Below are positions 24,108-26,163 of a stretch of DNA of 26,163 nt, piece after piece. The notes under the pieces are model-generated. The model ran no database searches, was not told where the DNA came from, and saw only the letters and a list, made by a program, of their open reading frames with translations. The number at the start of each line of letters is the position of its first letter. Positions within the stretch are counted from its first letter, which is position 1. This stretch comes from a virus (Duplodnaviria; Caudoviricetes). Made by a program: the position numbers and the translations under genes. Location: the IMG/VR virus record IMGVR_UViG_3300025103_000135, positions 1 to 26,163 of that record, one strand, 5' to 3'.

Positions 24108-24637
24108 GCGAGGAGGTGTCTCTCGGCCCTGCCGCTGACCTAGCTGTCGTCGATAACGAAGGTCAAGCCATTCAGGTCGTGCAGCCTGACCGTGGATCAG
24201 GTAGCAGGATGCCATACGAGACGTACAGGACGGTCGTGCTGCTCTTACGAGAAGGCGTGCCTGTCGTGAAGGTGTCTGACCGCTTCGGAGTCGCCACAAC
24301 GACGATACACGAGATTAAAGCACGGCACGCTGAAATCATCCCGTCACACAAAGACCTGATGGCGCGTAAGTCCGAGAATTTGCGGGAGGTGCTGTCGGAT
24401 AAGATGGTTGAAGCTGTTGAATCTGGTCGCATGTCTCCTAATCAATATGCGTTCACCTACGGAACCGTTTCCCAGCACTATCGGGAGGAGACTGGGCAGA
24501 GTTCGACCAAATCTGAAAACATCCACCTTCACTTGGACAAAAACGACCTCGGTGAGCTACTTGGCGGCCTAAAATCTGGACAAACAGACGAAAAGTCTGT
24601 GTGTGTTGACGTAAATCCCCCAGAAAAACAGGAGTGA
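24104..24637 (+). CDS. HTH protein, probable terminase small subunit
   Basis: GVPVVKVSDRFGVATTTIHEIK HTH, helical middle, low-complexity tail; upstream of terL; ATGA coupling at 24104. Confidence 0.55.
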   Translation: MSEEVSLGPAADLAVVDNEGQAIQVVQPDRGSGSRMPYETYRTVVLLLREGVPVVKVSDRFGVATTTIHEIKARHAEIIPSHKDLMARKSENLREVLSDKMVEAVESGRMSPNQYAFTYGTVSQHYREETGQSSTKSENIHLHLDKNDLGELLGGLKSGQTDEKSVCVDVNPPEKQE

Positions 24638-24760
24638 AATGAAAAACCGTACAAATTACGGACAAGATGCCCCACAGAAGGGGGCGGGGGGGGTGCCTCG
24701 ATTTCCCCGGCGGCGGTTTGCGACGGATAAGGGGGGAAATTTAATTTTACCAATAGCGCA

Positions 24761-25171
24761 ATGACGGCAATGACGAAAGAAGCGGCAATCGCGGCATCAA
24801 CAGGTTTATCGCGTGAGGAACTGAGGCGGCACCGCCAGAGCGGCCAGTACGAGGGTAACGTGGATTGGCTGATGTTTGGTCGGTCGATGGTATGGACTGA
24901 GTGTGGTTTGCGGAGGTTAGCGGCAGACCTGAAATTCGATGTGAGCGAGTTACTGCCTGATGGGCCTGTTACGAGGGGTGCGGAGGTATTGAAGGCGCGA
25001 ATATTGAACACGCGCTTGGTGCGATGCTTGATTGATGGTGAGAGTGAGCCGCAGATTGTTAACGTGGGTGATAACCGGCTGTACAAGCCGGGTTTACGGG
25101 TGACGGTATGGAAGGAGGGTAATGGGTGGAAGGGTTACAGGCGGCCGAGGCGACCGGAGGGCGATGGATGA
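24761..25171 (+). CDS. Hypothetical protein, N-terminal winged-HTH-like
   Basis: EAAIAASTGLSREELRRHR...GNVDW...GR..VWT..G. Confidence 0.6.
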   Translation: MTAMTKEAAIAASTGLSREELRRHRQSGQYEGNVDWLMFGRSMVWTECGLRRLAADLKFDVSELLPDGPVTRGAEVLKARILNTRLVRCLIDGESEPQIVNVGDNRLYKPGLRVTVWKEGNGWKGYRRPRRPEGDG

Positions 25172-25380
25172 AGTTGGGGCGACACGAGCCAGTCCCGGCA
25201 GGGCAGGGGCCAAGAAACACGACTTACTCTGATCTGCGTGTGAGCGAGTCTGGTGAGGGGTTTCCGGGTAAGATACCTACGGTGAAGGAGTGTGAGGCTT
25301 TTAATCGTCGAGCTAGTGCTTGGCTGGCGGAGCGGGAAGGGCCACAAGTTCGACAAAAACGTAAACAGCCGATACGATGA
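25168..25380 (+). CDS. Hypothetical protein
   Basis: GGAGG upstream, ATGA coupling at 25168. Confidence 0.55.
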   Translation: MKLGRHEPVPAGQGPRNTTYSDLRVSESGEGFPGKIPTVKECEAFNRRASAWLAEREGPQVRQKRKQPIR

Positions 25381-25547
25381 AAACGCTGACAGGGAATAGA
25401 GCCGCGAGAGAGTCGTGGACTTCCGGTTTAACTTCATGGCCTTCTGGGCTGCGTAGCTCCACCGGGATAGTGAACACCCTGTTGGCTTTTCTTTTGATCG
25501 ACAAAACGGGTTGCCGATCATTTCCCGGCAATTTTGATTGGCAATGA
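25377..25547 (+). CDS. Possible 56-aa protein (not in ORF track)
   Basis: Open frame with ATGA overlaps at both ends; translation is not recognisable. Confidence 0.35.
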   Translation: MKTLTGNRAARESWTSGLTSWPSGLRSSTGIVNTLLAFLLIDKTGCRSFPGNFDWQ

Positions 25548-25729
25548 ACTGTTGGCATTGCAATTCGGAATTGATTTGGGGTGGTGACCATGATTACGAG
25601 GATTATGGTTTTGAAGGTGAAGGGATAGTGACGAACCTGAGTTGCACGAATTGCCCAGCAGAAACGTATGTTCATCTGCCGATTGATGATTTGTCGCACT
25701 CAAAGAACCTGGACTTGGTGGATCAATGA
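25544..25729 (+). CDS. Small Zn-ribbon protein
   Basis: MNCWHCNSELIWGGDHD...IVTNLSCTNC, a pattern common in aquatic phages (from memory). Confidence 0.7.
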   Translation: MNCWHCNSELIWGGDHDYEDYGFEGEGIVTNLSCTNCPAETYVHLPIDDLSHSKNLDLVDQ

Positions 25730-26163
25730 ACCTGCAACCTAAAACCCCGGAGGAACTGCTGGAGACATGTTTAGCGTGGCCGCCTTCGCGGTTTGTCGGG
25801 TTGACGAAGGAGTATTTGGCGGAGCAGGTTGAGGAGCAGGGTGTTGAGAGGGTGCAGGAGTGGCTGCATGATTACTTCTACAAGAAACTGAGGCCGAGCT
25901 ACGTTGACCCGTATCGGCACTGTGTCATTCCTGAACACTGGAAGGACGCTGCTGCGCTTTTGGATGAGAATGATAGGTTGTTAGTCTCTGGGGGCAACCG
26001 GAGTGGTAAGAGCTATTTCTCGGCGCATTACGCCATGCAGATGATGATGGAGCGGGAGGGCAGCAGGGTGGCTATGTTTAGCATGACTGCTGCGAGTAGT
26101 ATTCGTGACCAGCAGCCGAGTGTGTTTTCGCATATCCCGTTGGAGTTTAAGGGGATTAAGAAG
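25726..26163 (+). CDS. terL: Terminase large subunit, N-terminal part (runs off window)
   Basis: Hand translation MNLQPKTPEE...DPYRHCVIPEHWKDAAALLDENDRLLVSGGNRSGKSY...; Walker A GGNRSGKS; frame open to the window end. Confidence 0.88.
   Translation, partial: MNLQPKTPEELLETCLAWPPSRFVGLTKEYLAEQVEEQGVERVQEWLHDYFYKKLRPSYVDPYRHCVIPEHWKDAAALLDENDRLLVSGGNRSGKSYFSAHYAMQMMMEREGSRVAMFSMTAASSIRDQQPSVFSHIPLEFKGIKK

Larger units (their letters stand above)
1..26163 (+). mobile_element. Temperate tailed phage (podovirus-like) genome segment, excised/attP configuration
   Basis: Tail, internal-virion, integrase, Xis, replication and terminase genes run continuously; phage genes lie on both sides of a tRNA fragment; no host housekeeping genes; many ATGA/TAATG gene junctions. 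Confidence 0.95.

Noticed and set aside
24533-24583. Extra TGGACAA arm-like sites in the TerS-like gene (also single copies inside int)
   Set aside because: Short single matches inside coding sequence, not in the tandem arrangement; chance is sufficient.
699-25703. Minus-strand ORFs in the track (e.g. 699-1163, 12813-13367, 19362-19844, 24529-25086)
   Set aside because: They lie opposite well-supported + strand genes and show no motifs; treated as shadow ORFs.
1-26163. Stop-codon reassignment
   Set aside because: Standard code gives dense, uninterrupted ORFs, and TAA, TAG and TGA all end genes.

Overview
The window is a contiguous piece of a temperate, podovirus-like tailed phage genome in its excised (attP) form, with every credible gene on the + strand. 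Order: 5'-truncated tail-associated gene; small lysis-type membrane genes (two holin-like, a spanin-like pair); tail tubular/stabilisation protein; Gly-rich tail fibre; three putative ejected internal-virion proteins, the last a 2369-aa modular protein; PD-(D/E)XK nuclease; attP (3' half of tRNA-His with flanking arm repeats); tyrosine integrase; a ribbon-helix-helix (RHH) control region with operator palindromes; a lytic-transglycosylase ORF; Xis; Holliday junction resolvase; SSB-like protein and exonuclease; stand-alone DnaA-C domain; replication initiator with internal iterons; TerS-like gene; start of TerL. Most notable observations: (1) the giant protein is cut into modules by a repeated RFMxD linker that is also conserved as DNA, and one module has an intact-looking HhH-GPD glycosylase/AP-lyase motif; (2) a second RHH gene is nested out of frame inside the membrane-anchored transglycosylase ORF, behind a promoter with two identical operators; (3) no divergent CI/Cro switch is visible. 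All calls come from reading motifs by eye; no database searches were run.
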